Below are positions 37,801 through 51,900 of a DNA stretch of 64,000 nt, in pieces. The notes under the pieces are model-generated. The model did not search any database. It saw nothing but the letters and a program-made list of their open reading frames with translations, and was not told where the DNA came from. Numbering within the stretch: the stretch's first letter is position 1; each line of letters starts with the position of its first letter. The position numbers and the translations under genes are program-made. The stretch is from NCBI RefSeq assembly GCF_037042905.1, contig NC_087250.1, forward strand, positions 19,222,001 to 19,286,000, given 5' to 3'. The DNA is from Lytechinus pictus. Lineage: Eukaryota.

Positions 37801-38089
37801 CAGCGAATAAAAAAAATAAACGCGAACGAGGTTACATGCATTGTAAACGCTTGTGCGCATTCGCGGAAGTCCTTAACACACGGGGTGAATGCGGAATTTC
37901 CAGTCGAATCAATACAATGGTACGATTTCACATATATATTATTTTAATTTTGAGTTCAGGAGCAGAATTTAGCGATGGCAACATGTTGCAAGTATTCACA
38001 CATAATATTTTACATATTATGTCCAAGAACCATGGTTGCATTTGCTGCCCGACGGAAAGTCACAATTTTAGCGACCATCCCTCAGTCTA
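34807..38089. mobile_element. Non-autonomous element with ~570-bp TIRs, TAG...CTA termini and 3-bp TSD (Academ-like)
   Basis: gta|tagactgtgggatgg ... ccatccctcagtcta|gta; 34807-35390 mirrors 37010-38089. Confidence 0.72.
37282..37798. mobile_element. MITE with TA TSD nested in the right TIR
   Basis: ta|tgatggggggacctaaagctacgca ... tgcgcagctttaggaccccctacca|ta; the left TIR shows the empty site. Confidence 0.75.
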
Positions 38090-38101
38090 GTAGTGTAGCG
38101 G

Positions 38102-38669
38102 CCCAGGGGGGGGGGGGCCTCTTCCAATGACGAGTGGATACCATGCACGACCATGGGGTCTCGAAAAGCACCCTAAACACTTATTTTCCATATTCTGGAA
38201 ATGCACCCCTTAACAAGTATTGGCTTGTGAAACCCTACCCTTAACAAGTATTGGAAACAAAAGATTTTCTTGGCAAGTATTCCCTGAAATGAACCCCTAA
38301 ACAAGTACAGTGATATTTTATTGTTATGTCACGGGTCCGTCGGTCGTCGGTTTTACCTTTACACATCATTTGGTTTAGTATGGCACCACCTTCCACACCT
38401 CGCGCAAATCGGACTCTAAACATGTAGTGTTGGGGCAAAAAGGACATCCTTCATTAAACATTTTAATTTTGTTTTATCACCCCCGCAAATTTGACCTTAA
38501 ACACGTAGCTTTCCTAGCGAAATAGATACCCTTTTTCATTATTTTTGTGTTTTTGACACCCTTATCACGTTACGTACGTAACGTGCCCTATCTTGAAAAA
38601 GACATACTTTTTACATGTTTTTTTGGTCGCGCATGGTATCCACTCGTCAATGTAAGTAGCCCCCCTGGG
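38102..38669. mobile_element. MITE with 8-bp TSD, same family as 12245
   Basis: TSD tgtagcgg (38094-101, 38670-77); empty site near 54584. Confidence 0.85.
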
Positions 38670-39656
38670 TGTAGCGGTAGTGAAGTGGAGTAGAGCCTGC
38701 ACGAACTTCGCTCGAGGTAACCAGGGGCCTGTTGCATGAAATGGTCTTTGGTAGAACTGCTCTACGTAAGACCGAGATATCCCTCAACTATTTCACAAAG
38801 CCGATCATTGGGCTAAACAAAGAATGGTCCTTGGAAAGACACCTCCAGACATGTCCTACGTAGGCATGATCTTATTTGGACACCGCCCGCCACCGTCGGC
38901 ATTGAGAGAAAATGCGTTTATGGCAAGCCACACTGATATATCACCTTTAAACATTTTGGGGGTCATTCGATCGCACTCAGATGCATTTTATCTTGGATCG
39001 GATGGGGCTTGGATGGCGCCAAGTTACGTGGCTGGCATCAAATTAAAAACAGAGGTCATTTTTCTCCGAGGTAATCTATAGGCCCGAATATTTTTTTTTT
39101 TAAATATGCTTTCTGTTATTTCCTCACATCAATTTCTCCCTCTTTCCCCACCCCTTTTCCATTTTTTAAAAACCAAACTTGAAATATCGAAATGGGCGGC
39201 AACCTCTCAGCTCTGACCCCCATGCTTTATCATTAGATGAATATTATGAAAAAATATGTATGGTAAAGTAAACATGTGTTTATTACGTTCAGCAAAAAAA
39301 AAAAAAAATGAAATAAAACATGATACAAAACTGAGATGTTACTAAGCATGCTAAATCATTTCTTTATCTGTTTATATATATATATTTAATTTATTTTCTT
39401 TATCATTACTATTTTTTTGCTGAGATTGATGGCAATCAATGAGAATTGTTGAATTGGTGTTAAGGTGATGAATGAAAAAAAAATCTGCCAGTAACAAAAT
39501 AACTAATTGAATTAAAAATATTAGGCCTATACATGTAGCTTATGAATCCATCACAATCATTACAAATAAAGTTAAGTTCATTGTACCTATGATGATAGAC
39601 AGGGTTGTGGAAAGTCCATACGAAAAGGCTCATCGTAGTATGTCTCGACTCCTTAA

Positions 39657-41134
39657 AGGACAAGTCCACCCCAACAAAGAGCTAATTTGAATAGAAAGAG
39701 AAAAATCAAACAAGCATGCACTGATAATTTCATCAAAATCGGATGTAAAATAAAAAAGTTATAACATTTTAAAGTTTCGCCTAGTAATTTCTCAAAAGAG
39801 TTATATGCACATTCTGTTCGGTATGCAAATGAGGGGACAGATGACACCACCCACTCACTATTTCTTTTGTATTTTATTATATAAAATATGAAATATTTTG
39901 ATTTTCTCGTCATTGTCATGTGAAACAAAGTTTCATACCTCTATGAACAGGTGGAATTCCATTATTTTAACATTTTGTGGTTCAAGCAAGGGGGTCCTAA
40001 TTGTCAAATTGGTAAAAATTGAAATATTGTATAATTTAAACAATAAAAAACAAAAGAAATAGTGAGTGAGTGACATCATCAACTCTCATTTGCATATCAC
40101 CGAGTTGAGCATAGAACTGTTTTGTGAAAAATAAGCGAAACTTTAAAATGTCATAACTTTCTTATTTTACATCCGATTTTTATGAAGTTTTCAGCATTAT
40201 TCATGTTTGATATTTCTCTATTTATTTAAATCGACTTTTTTCTGGGGTGGACCACTCCTAGTACCAATGAGGTCCAACATTACATGTATGGACCTCATAG
40301 GCGACATCAGTAGTATTTTTGGTTAGAAATCTCTGAGAACAGGATAATATCACAAGTACAAGCTATATTCCTTTCTCTTATTTAAATTATAATTTTATAG
40401 TGTAAATGCATCGTTAGCAACAACAAAAAATGAAAGAAATGAAGGGGAACTTACATTTTCACGGCTTTTTCCTGATTTTCTGGGCAGCTGCTCTTCTCTT
40501 CTGACTCGCGATCGAAGCTGATATGAAGATCACGTGATTCGCGTTCTCGTCAGCTGATCGGTTGGTTATTCTTTTCGTCAGACGTTAATAATATATATTT
40601 TATAATGCTAGCATTCATCGCTAATTTAGGTGAAAGAGATTGAAGTTAAACAGCGCCAGGTCGGAATCATAATTATTTTGGAAGAGTGTATTTATACACT
40701 CGATCTCATACCTGACGTAGACGGCGCTATTCAACAAATGCACAATCTTCAATATAAAAAATAAAACAGAAAGAACGCCTTGAACACAGGCCAAAATGCC
40801 TAACGATTTCTCCGCGGCATTAACAACTATCGTAAAGGGCGCTCCATTTATCAATAAAGATGGATGCTAAGCTGTCTATGGCGACAAAATTTGCCGCAAA
40901 TATTTACGAAGAATTGTGAGAAATGGTCTGAAAATGCAACAAAAGAACCGGTGAGTACCGATTAAACATTATTAAAGTTGTAAATAGATTATACATACCT
41001 TGTAGATTTAGTTTTTAAGGTGATATTAGTGCTTAGTTCTAAGCTAGGGAGGCCCAAACGCGCGTGAGTGGAGTCCCAGTTTATTAGCACGGGTAAGTAT
41101 TGCGGTGTCGCCTAGAGTGGGGTGGACTTGACCT
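39657..41134. mobile_element. Kolobok-like MITE with a nested insertion in its right TIR
   Basis: ttaa|aggacaagtccacccc ... gtggacttgacct|ttaa. Confidence 0.75.
40253..41119. mobile_element. Non-autonomous element, CACTC...GAGTG termini, 8-bp TSD (P/hAT-like)
   Basis: TSD gggtggac (40245-52, 41120-27); TIR cactctaggcgaca, left copy interrupted by a short hairpin. Confidence 0.7.
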
Positions 41135-41662
41135 TTAACTTTGAAATGTTGAGCATATATATTTTTTTTTTATTATCAAAGCTTATGTTATATTAACTTC
41201 CATAAAGTTATCAACTTTAAACGTTTATGATCATTGTCATTTTAGCATTGTTTCTGTAAAAAGTAATTTCCCCCGTTCAATTGATTTCACATATTTTTCT
41301 ATGTTTTATTATTGTAGTGCTACTATACCACCTTGACAAGTTTGCAGCAAGTTTCATATTTTGATTGTCCTCGGTTACTGAAACTTAATTTTCATGCAAA
41401 TGTATGTTTATACTCTAAACACTCACATTTGTATTTCTTGCGTTATATCTGATGAATGAAATAAATAAATTCGATTTTTCACACGCAGCCTCTCATATTT
41501 TTAATGTTGTAAATCGGATCAAAAATCAGATCGAAAATCGGATCGGCAGTTAAGCTTCTAAAATCGAAATCGAATCGAAAATCGAATCGGCGATGTTTAA
41601 AAACAAAGGAATACATCAACATTTTGTTCGCGGTCGCGCGCATCTTCCTGACAAAGTCACAA

Positions 41663-42115
41663 ATACCGTGTTTACACTTAATCGGCATTTGAATCGGCTC
41701 GCGGTTCTGAACCGCGAGCCGATGCAGCATCGGCTTTTTCATAGCGTGTAAACGCGAGCAACTAGAATCGGCTCGCGGTTCAGAACCGGCAATTTGCACC
41801 ACCAAAGTAGTAGGTTCTGAACCGCGAGCTGATGCAGAATCGGCTTTTTTACTACGTGTAAACAGAAAGCCGATTCTGCACCGGCAATTTGTGCGCATTT
41901 CTATTACTTTACCATTGTGACGTAATTGTAAGCGCACTGATCCAGCGTTGTCTTTATTATGACGTATATTGTAGGTATGCGTATCATTTCAGGTTTTTGC
42001 ATCGGCTCGCGGTTCTGAACCGCGAGCTGTAACAACGTGTAAACGCAATCCAAATGCCGATTCTGCATCGGCATTTGGTTCAGAACCAATTGCCGATTAA
42101 GTGTAAACACGGTAT
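41663..42115. mobile_element. Palindromic MITE
   Basis: ataccgtgtttacacttaatcggca ... tgccgattaagtgtaaacacggtat with internal ggttctgaaccgcgagc repeats. Confidence 0.6.
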
Positions 42116-42749
42116 AGACGAATGTTTAGGAATGGAAGTAGTCGACATGCGCGATCGTTTGGAACATGCTTTTAAAGGGTTTTGAGGTTTAACTGCTTAA
42201 CAATAAAATGAGTGATTTTTATTAGAAAGATAAACGAATGACGCATCTTCCGAGCAGTCGCAAAGGAAAATAATTCTCGTAGATCACAGGTCAATGAACG
42301 ATCGGCGGGACATCTTTTATAAGTATTTTTATGTGAAGCTGAGCTCAGCTAAGTTCGCTCATTATAATATGTGATTACAGCCACGCCCAATAACCATTCC
42401 AAAGTACACCCATTTTGTTATAATAGCTTACTTGGTACATCATTTCTCCGAATCAGTTCTGGGAAAAGTTAAGTCACGCCTCAGTATCGATCTTTTTGTA
42501 TACCCACCCACTCAACAATATCAGTGAATTACGCAATGCGCGCAAGCATTCACACAATACAAGATAGTTTTGTGGCATAGCCGAGAACTGGAACCGCCCA
42601 GACTCAACGGGCTACCGCAAAATTCTTTACACTACCTTTTGGCATGTGCACGTGGTGGGTTTGATTGACACTGCTAACAGTGCTATTCTTTGAGTTGGCT
42701 CACTGGCTGGATTAATGACAATATATCACTGCAAGTATGGCTTACATTA

Positions 42750-43660
42750 TACATACAACACATCCATACACACTGCTCTCAAACTCCCTTGCTATTATTC
42801 GTACCTAGGCCGTGTGTGCACTTATGGGCGGGATTTAAGCAGGGCATTGACTAGCATATACAACACATCCATGCACCCAGCATTCATATACATTTCTCAA
42901 ACTCCCTTGCTATTCGTCCATTGTGTGAACTCATGGGCGGGATTATGACAAAAATTAGCGCAAGCACTAGCATACGTAATACACACAATACATTCCTGCA
43001 CCCACGCGGTCACACATAGCTCTCAAACTCCCTTGTCATTCGTCCATTGTATTCACTCATGGGCGGGATTTATCAGCGTAAGCACTAGCATACATAATGC
43101 GTACAACACATTCATGCAGTCACACACAGCTCTCAAACTCCCTTGCTATTGGTCCATTGTATTCACTTATGGGCGGGATTTATCAGCATAAGCACTAGCA
43201 TACATAATGCATACAACACATTCATGCACCCATGCAGTCACATACAGCTCTCAAACTCCATTGCTATTGGCCATTGTGTGCACTCATGGGCGGGATTATG
43301 ACAAAAATTAGCGCAAGCACTAGCATACGTAATACACACAATACATTCCTACACCCACGCGGTCACACATAGCTCTCAAACTCCCTTGTCATTCGTCCAT
43401 TGTATTCACTCATGGGCGGGATTTATCAGCGTAAGCACTAGCATACATAATGCGTACAACACATTCATGCAGTCACACACAGCTTTCAAACTCCCTTGCT
43501 ATTGGTCCATTGTATTCACTTATGGGCGGGATTTATCAGCATAAGCACTAGCATACATAATGCATACAACACATTCATGCACCCATGCAGTCACATACAG
43601 CTCTCAAACTCCATTGCTATTGGCCATTGTGTGCACTCATGGGCGGGATAAATGACAAAC
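42750..43660. repeat. Minisatellite of ~110-125-bp units with a ~353-bp higher-order repeat
   Basis: Recurrent ctcaaactcc...atgggcgggat; 42931 onward repeats at 43284. Confidence 0.85.
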
Positions 43661-44234
43661 ACAGTACAAGTACATGTTCATTGTTTGTATATTATACAAT
43701 ACATTCATTCCAAGTTACACTCCCGCCATACCAGTCAGCGCAGCTACCGGTAGGTCATCATAAGTAGGTCAACCTTTTATGAGTCATTTCTGACATTCTA
43801 GGAATCTCGATTGTTCGAACTATTCGATTGTTAAAAAGCTCTAAATAGCTAGCACCTCTGCAAGAACAATCTTGAAATATGTTCTGACCGCACTGTAACT
43901 AGATCTACAGGTATGCCGATTTTTCATATCCGATTTTTTCCTTCAAGGGGCATGATCGAAGATCGGCAAGTGATCGCCGATTGTTGTGAAATCGAATGGA
44001 ATCGGTTGCCGATTGCAAAATCGGTTACAAGCTTACATATTTTCCTTTTTAAATTATAGTCTCATACAATCAGACACGTTGATTATGTTTACTCCATTCA
44101 AACCCCATTTTTACATCAACAAATAACATTTAAAGCATAATTTGCAAAATTATCACTTTAAGTTTAGATAAGTATTCTATAAAAAATCAGAATATTGAAA
44201 TAATACAATGCCGAAATTAATTAGTTACTTTAAT

Positions 44235-45910
44235 CAAGGCTCCACATTAACTTTTTTTGGTGGTGGCCCGTTCGGGCCACCAAAACCTTCAAATAATTAT
44301 TTTTGGTGGCCCGATATCAAAGTCTGGTGGCCCGAAAAGTATAAAGAAAAACATTAATTTAAAATGAATAAAACAAACTTCTGAAATATTAATTCTGCAG
44401 CCACTACCACCAAGTTACTTTCACTTTGTACATCTTGTATGTAAATCTTGTTTGCTGTTATTTTACTTTGCTAATTGATTTGTGGTAATATATAAATTGT
44501 TCTATCGTTGTAAATTAATATGAAATGATTGAAAGAGAATAAAAGAATTGTATTGTTCCAAAGGTTGTGTGGACTTTCGATTTTTCCTTTCTTCCTATTT
44601 GAATCCTAAAACCTAGATTATGCAGGCCCCACATCTATAGTTTATTTTCTCTTCCAGCATATTATAGCAGGAGAAAATCACAGAAATATGCTGCAAAATT
44701 AGAACAATGCATAAAAAGGGGGAAACAAACAATAATAATTTTTATTTAGTATATTAAAAAAAAGAAAACAAAAACAATAAAATTAGAAAAAATAAAACAA
44801 AAGAAAGAAAATGAAGAAAGAAAAAACAAAGAACAGGAAAAAAAGAAAAGAAAAAATTTAGAGGAAAAAAAAACAAAAAATGAAAGAAAAATTAATAAAA
44901 CAAAATTTATAAAAAAAATTGGAAAATTTATAATTATTTTTCAGTAGAAACATATTATTTAATCAGGCATATTCAATAGGAAGGGGTATAAATGGTTTAA
45001 CCACTATAAAAAAAAAATGAAAGAAAAAAAATAATAAAAATTGCATAAGTTATATCTGGAAAAAACAGTGTGAGAAAAGTCCTTCCCTATAATATATTTG
45101 ACAAATGCTGGAAAAATTCACATTTCATATCAATGAAATGCCTTCCCAAAGTATTTACTTCCTCAAGAGTGGTTTAAGAAGTCATTTATAAAAAGAAATA
45201 AAGAAACTGTGTGCTTATTTTTGGCTAGAAAAGACACAGCTTCGGAAGAAACAAAGTATCAACATACATACAAATGCACACGTGGGACTGTGATGTACTC
45301 ACCTATGTGTTTTATGTGCATTATTGCATTTGGAAATCGGTCTTTTTGAGTCAAAAGAGAGGTCATAATTCCTCTTTTAAATGCTTGCAAATAATCAGGT
45401 TACACCAGATTTTAGTAATATGGACTGTAGAAGGGCATTTCATAGGTGTAAAATGTGACTTTGACGTAGATTTTCAAAGTTCTGTGGAAGATTTCTTAGC
45501 AGCAACATTTCGTATCGCAGCTCCCTGAGTCTGAGTAGTCTGCTAGCGCACAGCTAACTAGCTGCATGCAGTGGTTTCATGCCATGCAAAGCTCTCGCCA
45601 GACGGCCGGCACAGCCGGCTGGATAATAGTTTACTGTATGCTATAGCGGTAGGCCTACATACTGTCATGACTATGCAATCTTTGTGTGTGTGTATTTGTG
45701 TGTAGATTAACAAAAAGGGCGCATGACGAATTGACTTGCAATTTGAACTGTAGAAAGTTGATAAATGCGTGCAAAATCGGGAGAAAAATTGCGCTACTTT
45801 GAAAATTATTGGTTGCCCGATTCGGGCCACCAAAACTTAACATTTTTTCAATAATGGTTGCCCGAGGTGAATTTCTAGTGGCCCCGGGCCACCGCTAATG
45901 TCGAGCCTTG
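44235..45910. mobile_element. Non-autonomous hAT/P-like element
   Basis: TIR caaggctccacatta / taatgtcgagccttg; 7-bp TSD ctttaat; subterminal tggcccg repeats. Confidence 0.72.
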
Positions 45911-46408
45911 CTTTAATTTTTATTTTCGGACAAGGGTCTCTTTCGTTGGAATATCAATGAAAGGTGTCCTTTAAAAAAAAGGGCACCTTGTCCTTGAAAA
46001 GAGGAAATAATGAAAATTTCGATTTTATCCAGGTAGGCCTATGTTTGTGAAACTTCAATTTTTGTTCTCCTTTTTTTTAGTCTTACCTCAGTCAAACAAG
46101 TGATCTCCATACATCATTTCTACTATCGGTAACAAACAAATTATTTGAGCTCCATTAATTGAAATAAATGATTTTTTGATAAGTCGTCATTTCGAAATAA
46201 ATCAATGGTTCAGCCTTCAGGTGAAGATGAAGACTAAATATTTTTCTGATAATATCGAAATAATATGGATATCAAATGATGTCGCGGACTTGGAAGACAA
46301 GAATGCCTTCGTGAAACGGAAAGCGCCGATTTGTCGCCAATCTTCCTATCTCAGAAGAATGGTCCTAGGAGTAGGACTAGGAGTAGGACGTTCCTGAGCG
46401 TGATCAGT

Positions 46409-48784
46409 TCATCACGGACGGACATTTGATAGATTTTGAAAACTTTGAAGGCTTGTAACAAATTAGGAATAAGATGAACATGGTTCCTTTGTGTTTTATA
46501 GTGAAGGGTAGGACAAAGTATGCTGAATGATGAAAAAAGTTTGTTGCCATGGTTACCTACAAACATAGGTAGCAACTAAATGTGCCAAATCACGGACGGA
46601 CATGATAGAAATGTGGTTTTCAGAATTTTTGAACATTTTTATTGTTTCTATCTAAATAGCTTAACATTGACCAATAATTGTTAATGCAACTTACACTCAG
46701 GTATATTAGCTTCTATGTTCAGCATATTGAATTCTTAACCAATACCAAACTTCTGAGAGAATTGCAAATATTTTCCATCCCGGACGGACATCACGGACAT
46801 CACGGACGGACACAAATAAAATACATTGGAAGTACCTTGTAAGAAGTTCTTATTACTTGTTTGGGGGAACAAATGCTAATGTATTGATGATTTGTACATT
46901 TTTTTATATGATTAAACAATATTAGTTGCACAATCAAGTTGCTACAACTTCAATCAAGTTGCTACAACTTGATTTAAGTTGTAGCAACATGATTTCTATG
47001 CTAGACACACAAAGTAATCTAGCCATATGATTGCTTTTAAACACAATTCTTTTCAAAATCAAATATCCTAATGCACATTGTCTTCTTTTCAATTTAGAGA
47101 ATACTATAGTTGGTACCAAATCAACATCCAGTGGATCAATGATCATGTTGATACTTTTTATGATATATCATGATGATACATGTTCATACATTTTTAGGCA
47201 TTAATTTTCGGAGAGCACATATTTTTTTTATGTCCATTAAGTAAATCCAAAAGATTCACAGGTTGCTGATCATTATGCTTGTTTGGTGGATCAAGTATGA
47301 CCACAACACTTGTCCAGGCTCTCTTCAAATTCATCTTTTGTCCATATTAAAGTGGAGACACACCTTCACATCAACAGCCCTCATGTATTTAGGCCCTGAC
47401 CAAATCCAAAATTGAAATCAGATACCAATTAAACTTCTAAACACTGCAGTGCAAGCTTTATATGAATTGTATTCATTTTCAGATTACCAGATCAGCAATT
47501 TGCTCAAAATTAGCTCCAAAATGGACTTAAAAAAAAAAGGAATTATTGTTCTTTTCACAAGCCTCAAGGACGTGATGTCATGTTCTGTTAGAAGCATTGT
47601 TAATCCATAGGTTTGCACATGGAAAAAATGATTTTTTTTCCCTGCTTATCAGAATATGCATTCTACTTTCTTCTTTTCCATCACTTTCTGCAAGCTTCAA
47701 TTGATGAAATATACAGCTTTTGACTTATTCTTGCTCTATTTCATTTCCTGCTTTTTGGCATACATGTAGCTTCCAACTCTATCTGCATTCCAATTATGTT
47801 TTTAAAAAAATTCCTGACAACAATTAAGCCCCAATAACAGCCAAAGAAAGATTTCACAAAAAAATGTGAAGAGTTGTAGGTTTCCATCCATTTGAGTTCT
47901 GAATAATTCTCAGTACCATTATTTACTGCAAATTGGAACTAATACTAAATTCATAATCTGCTCAGTATTTGCTCATTGTCTGTCCGTGATGAAATTAATG
48001 TCCGTCTGCGATTATTTTGATTGATTTATGATATGGATAAAATGTACATGGATTTTAGCTATATTCAAATGAAATGATGTACAGTGTCTAATGAGATGCT
48101 TCTACACACTTTTATTTTTGTTTCTATTCTGATAAAGAATTAAAACTGAATCCATACATATTATCCATATCATAAACTCAATAAAAATGATCACGGACGG
48201 ACATTAATTTCATCACGGATGGAAATTTCAAAATGGAATGTTAACATCTACCAGAAAAATTTACTTCCCATATTTTTTCTACTAATTTATGTTTGATGAT
48301 AGATTAATGTTCAGAGTACAAGAAAATCCAAACCAAACTGCAGTAACTTTGAAAACAATAAAACTAGAGTGAATTGAATTTGAGTGAATTTACATTGTCC
48401 GTCCGTGATGAAATTAATGTCCGTCCGTGATCATTTTTGATTGAGTTTATGATATGGATAAAATGTATGGATTTCAGCTATGTTCAAATAAAATGATGTA
48501 CAGTGTTTAGTGAGATACCTCTACACCTTTTTATTTTTTATTTCTATTCTGATAGCAAATAAAAAAACTTTTAATATTTTTTTTCATCACGGACGGAAAT
48601 TTCAAAATGGAAATGTTCACACCTACCAAAAAAAATTACTTCCCAATATTTTTTTTTTACTAATTTATGTTTGATAATAGATTAATGTTCAGAGTGCAAG
48701 AACATCCAAACCAAATTAGAATAACTTTAAAAACAATAAAACTAGGGAGAATTTAATTTGAGTAAAAATGTCCGTCCGTGATGA
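46409..48784. mobile_element. Degenerate element with inverted catcacggacggaca motifs
   Basis: tcatcacggacggacattt ... aaatgtccgtccgtgatga with internal repeats of the motif; TSD not resolved. Confidence 0.45.
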
Positions 48785-48915
48785 GAGGTAATAGCACCCC
48801 CACGAATAAAATGGACTATTCCAGTACTTTCGGATTTATCAATCTTCATGAAACTGAGTTCTTTGAAACCTGAGATATCAAACATTATCTTAAAAGCAAT
48901 TTTGATAGAAATATC

Positions 48916-51900
48916 GGCAAAATCGTGATATAGGCCCCGCTCGAGAAAAACTTGTAATCGATTATACTACCTCAATATCTAGGTTGCTAACTTCAGCTCA
49001 CTAATATATACTCGTGATATAGGCCCCGCTGCTGTGTTGAATGGCTTAGAATGTCCGTTTGCGGGGCCTGTTTCACGAGTATAGTACTATAACCGTTATA
49101 TAGGCCCCGCACTACGGCACTTCAGACACTCCAACACAGTAGCGGGGCCTATATCACGAGTATATATTAAGCTTGCATCCTAAGATAATCGCTAAACCGG
49201 CCCCGTCCAATGCGCTTTTCCCAGCATTCGCACGTGTGTGGGGCTCGGATGACGACTATAGTAGTATACTCGTTATCGAGGCCCCTTACACTGTTATATA
49301 ATGGAAAATAACGTGGTCGTGGGGCTTGTTTCCCCGGCCGGTGAGAATTATCATGGGCGGTGCTGTAGGGGGCCGGAGGATCGAGGGGGGCTCCAATTTA
49401 TTTTCCAATAAACAAGGAAAGAATATCATAATCATTCAGAAATTTATTTGTGGATTTATTTATATTCATTAATCATTTGATTTATTTGTTTTCAGTTTTA
49501 TTTCTTTTGTGATGTAGAGGGTCAGAGGTATCATTCGTTTTTAATTATTTTTATGTGTAAAATTTCATTTAATTTATTTATCAATCTATTTTAATTGATT
49601 AATTAATGTATTTATATTTATTTATTGATCATTTAATTCATTTGTTTTCAGTTTTTTTTTCTTTTGTGATATAGGGAGTCAGAGCTAGGTATCATTAGTT
49701 TTTAATTCTTTTAATGTGTGGAAGTTCATTTAATTTATTCATCAATCTATTTTAATTGTTTTATTAATGTATTTATATTTATTTATTAATCTTTTAATTT
49801 ATTTGTTTTCAGTTTTTTTGTGATATAGAGCGTCAGAGGTATCATCCGTTTTTAATTCTTTTTATGTGTGGAAGTTCATTTATTTATTTATTATCTATTT
49901 ATTCATTTATTATATTTTCATCTTTTTGTTATCTGAGGTCTTATGTTGATACAGGGTCATACATTTCATTTATTTTTCATTTATTTAAAGGTCAAGTTCA
50001 CCCCAGAAAAAAATGTTGATTTGAATAAATAGAGAAATATTATAAAAGCATAACGCTGGAAATTTCATCTAAATTGGATGTAAAATAAGAAAGCTGTGAT
50101 ATTCTAAAATTTCGCTTATTTTTCACAAAAAAGTGATTTGTATATGCACAACTAATTTGCATGCAAATGATAGTTCCGGCCTCGCTATTTCTTTTTTTTA
50201 TTGTTTGAATTATACAATATTTCATTTTTCACCTGACAGATTTTACAATAAGGGCCAACGTGAATGAACCATATGTTTGGGACGAATTGTTTCACTTGAC
50301 AATGAGAAGAGAATTGGAAAATATATTTCCTATACACTGTAATACAATACTAAAGAAATAGTGAGTGGATGGCGTCATCAGTTTCCTCATTTGCATACCG
50401 ACCTGGATGAACTATTATTTCAGATTAAACTATACTTCCAAATGTTATAATTTTCTTATTTTATCTGACTTTGATGATTTTTTTAGCGTTATGGTCGTTC
50501 GACTTTCTTCTTTTTATTCAAATCAACTTTTTTGTTGGGGCGGACTTGTCCTTTGAATTAAACAATTGATATATTTGTTTGTATTAAACTTTTTGTTTTA
50601 TTTGATGTTAGACCATTGCAACCATTATCGTTAATTTCTCTTTTCTGCTTATGGATTTGATCTCTCTGTGTATCATAATTATTATTATATATATAACAAA
50701 ATATATTTTGTTACCTTATTGAAGCCAATACGTGAAACGTTAGAAAGAGAGAGAAAGAGAGATGGCCTAATGCATTACTATTTCAAGTTCTCCTTCGTAT
50801 TGTTTCACTTATTCATTTCCTGGTTTATTCATATATTCGTTCATGTTTGCACTGTTTTGGGACAAGATGTTGTCTATCAATTGACACGATAGGCCTACCC
50901 TTCAAGGGGGCAGTTTATCCTGACGCAAAGTTGATGATAATTAAAGCAGAAACCTAAAAAAATATTCTTAATCTAAAGGTTTGATGAAAATGTATATTTT
51001 TATTGTCACGCATTTCGGTTAAGAAGTTCGATATTCTCTGATCAAATATTGCAATTCTCATACTTAAATTAGTGTTTATTATTTGAAATAGTACCCAAAT
51101 AGTACTCTACTCATTTGTGTAATGAATGTCTTGCTAAGATCAATTGTGAATGTCACTTTCACTTGCCCAGTAACCTGCACAATCAAGGTACTAATGGATG
51201 ATTTGTTTTTCTGTTTCAATCATGTAGAAGCGAAAACGGAAATCAGCCCCCTTAGTTTGGTTTTTGAAAACACAAAAACGATATCACAACAAGAAAAACG
51301 TGTTGTGATTTGGCATTTGCATATAAAAAAAAACATAAAAATGAAATTAGAAATACTTTTGTGCTTTATCTGATTTCTCATTCTAAATTAATTTTGTGTT
51401 TTTATATATAAAAAAACAATCTCAAAACATGCCACGATTCGTGACCTCACTGTCAACTAAGTATGGATGTCGCCTTGCAACAGGATAATATGTGAGTGGT
51501 AATTAAACTACATGTAAATCAATGTAAAATAATGATATTTACAGATGAAGTAAAGTGTTGATCAAGATGCCCCCCCCCCCCCTCTCTCTCTCTCTCACTG
51601 TCAGCAGTGCTTAAAAACATACCCTTTTCGTGTCGATATATATCAACAAAATTCATCTCGAACTTCGATCGCATTGGCATCCTATTTTCAAGAGTGAATG
51701 GCAATGTGTCCGACCAGCCTGTATCCCCGCCCCTTTAAAAATACTGGACCCGTCAGTACCTGTGTGTATATTTTTTCCTGGCGCATTCAACCAGACAGAC
51801 CACCAACTGTCTTCTCAAATTTGAGCCCCCCCCCCCCCTCCCCGCTACGAAATCTCGGATCTGGGGGACGCAATAAACTCCTGAAATGAAATATCACAGA

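Noticed and set aside
46850..47950. Transposase remnant on the minus strand
   Set aside because: Only short stop-riddled frames with no recognisable catalytic motif
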